A stretch of DNA of 64,000 bases, taken from contig NC_088803.1 in the NCBI RefSeq assembly GCF_011386835.1, positions 41,168,001-41,232,000 of the forward strand, read 5' to 3'. A program made the translations under genes and the position numbers. The notes beneath the pieces are model-generated. The model was not told the origin of the DNA. It saw nothing but the letters and a program-made list of their open reading frames with translations, and did not search any database. The DNA is from Chrysemys picta bellii (taxonomy: Eukaryota). Shown in pieces: positions 62,078 through 64,000 of the stretch; position 1 is the first letter of the stretch, and every line of letters starts with the position of its first letter.

Positions 62078-63234
62078 ACAATTCAGTGGTTTCATGTCAT
62101 TTAAATAAATACATTAGTTGTATAATATAAATAAATACAATCACAATATTCCCTCCTGCTGCTTTATCTAGCCATTATCCATTGGCAGTTTCTTGTAGGC
62201 ATGACAGTAGGACTGGATCTTGGTAAGGTATTTGACGGATGACAGAGTAGCGGCTCTATGGGCTCGTTTGAGGATGAGGTCAGCATCATTGTTAATTCCT
62301 ACTAGCAGTACGTATAGGGTAGAAACTGCGCAACGAAAATAACATGTGGGAGAAAATTAACTTCTGCCAAATTTCTAAAGCCCCAATCCTGAAAACATTT
62401 AAGCACATGAGACATTTCATGGACTTCAGCAGAACTAATCAAGGGCCTGATCAGCCCCCATTAAATTCAATGAGAGTTTTTCCATTAACTTCAGTAGGAG
62501 CTGGAGTGAGCCTCAAGGGTCTAATCCAAAGCTCATGGAAACTGGTGAGATTCTTTTCATTGGTTTCAATAGCCTTTGATTCAAGCCCTGAATATTTGAG
62601 TGAAGCATGTGGGTGTTTGCAGAATTGGGCCCTTAGTGGGCTATTGGCAGCTTTACCTTTTCCCCATTCCACCGACAACACAGAAGCCATTGTCGCTCTT
62701 GCAGAGGACTTTGTGTTCTGTGCTAGCAGGTGTGTTCTCCCTCTGTGCTTGACTCTCTAAAGCCTTAGCTTTGCTATAAGAAAGCACCGAAGACTGACCC
62801 TAGTGGACATTTTCCTTCTTAAGAAACAGAAACTTGCTAACATCTATCCAGGTTGACTCTATAGTGAATCTTGCTGTATTTATCTGGTTGGGTCCATAAA
62901 TCTCCCTGGCTTTCTCATTCTAGCTTGGTGTGCAGCCATGCTGAGATTCTGACATGAACATCTGCATCATGAATGCCATTTAGAACAGGTGTCAAAAAAC
63001 CTCTGTAGCCTCCCCAGACTGTCTATAGTTGAGGAAACCTACAATGCTTTGCATCTTTGCTTTCTATGACACAGGGACTGCTCCTTGCTGGCAATCGATC
63101 TGGACAGTAGCCTCTAAAGGAGAGAAGGCAGGGGCAGGAGTTAGAGGGGCCTTGCCACTGCCTCTCTCCCCAGTACTGGTATAGCTGGCTGGCTGCATAG
63201 GGAAGTGTGTACTGCATCCATTTAAAAGGTGTAT

Positions 63235-63535
63235 TTTATTACTACTATTTATGTTACAGTAGCACTTAAATGCCCTGACATCATAGTCCTATTGTTTTAG
63301 AGGCTGTAGACATACATAGTAAGAAATAGTCCCTGCCTTAAAGCGTTTCCAATTTAAATAGAAAAAGACAGACGAAGGAAGGTTTATTACCCCATTTTAC
63401 AGATGGGAAACTGCGACACAGAGAGATTACATGATTTTCCCAAGGCCCCCAGAGAATCTGTGGCAGAGCTAAGAATCAAATGCAGATCTTCTCAGTCCCA
63501 GTCCACTGCCTTACCTACAAGACCATCCTTCCTGC
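63235..63535 (-). mobile_element. MIR with 3' tail
   Basis: ccccattttacagatgggaaactg..cccaaggcc..tgtggcagagct; tail similar to 61.72-61.83 and 57.29-57.34 kb. Confidence 0.7.
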
Positions 63536-64000
63536 TGTGTAACACTGATGAGCAACGTATGTCCCTGCTTCCAGTGCACGGCTATGTCTGAAATCCATAG
63601 TCGAGCCCTTAGTGTCTAGCCATGTTAGCAGAAACAACAGCAGGCATTCTTCATTATGTGCATATGGTCATAAAGCTGTAGTTAAAGAAATGGAAAACAT
63701 AGGTGTCTCTGTATGTTTTGTCTCCCATCCTGTCACATTTTCTATACTTCAAGGCAACATGAAACATTTTGCCAGTTGTGGTTTTCTGAGAACAGACTGG
63801 TAAACTCTGACTTGTTGCATCAGTCTGACAGCTGACTCCCCTCACACTTCAGTGTCTCCAGCATTCTAGTGGGGCCAGAAACTGAACAGTGATTCATCCA
63901 CTAAAACAGGTCCAGCACACCAACAGTCTACTGTTTGCTGTAATAAACTACCTCCCGCCCCTCCCCAACATTAACTCCCTTTTGGTCTTCACTTATGAAA

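Overview
Eukaryotic, AT-rich, almost entirely non-coding vertebrate DNA. It is very probably turtle (Testudines): there are two tortoise PolIII/SINE copies (tRNA-derived head, CR1-type tail), plus CR1, L2, MIR, an LF-SINE, Penelope-like (PLE) termini, solo LTRs and many hAT, Harbinger and Tigger-type non-autonomous elements, several with intact TIRs and TSDs. Family names come from recalled consensus and structure, not from a database search. I cannot support any complete protein-coding gene, rRNA, tRNA gene or CRISPR array. Nearly all ORFs in the track are chance ORFs, GC-rich MITE ORFs or gap artefacts; the only recognisable protein is a CR1 ORF2 C-terminal remnant (36.4-36.8 kb, minus). I see no evidence of a new multi-gene system. 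Best leads: (1) three minimal hammerhead ribozyme motifs in PLE termini, one in an inverted pair inserted as a single unit; (2) minus-strand splice-signal-bounded segments at 0.8-3.5 kb (and 17.9 kb) that look like the 5' end or alternative N-termini of an unidentified gene continuing left of the window; (3) a plus-strand 8-nt microexon-like signal at 6187-6194; (4) an unexplained ~96-bp direct repeat 1 kb apart; (5) an LF-SINE and several non-repetitive CpG-retaining blocks that may be conserved regulatory DNA. A 420-N assembly gap lies at 20535-20954.
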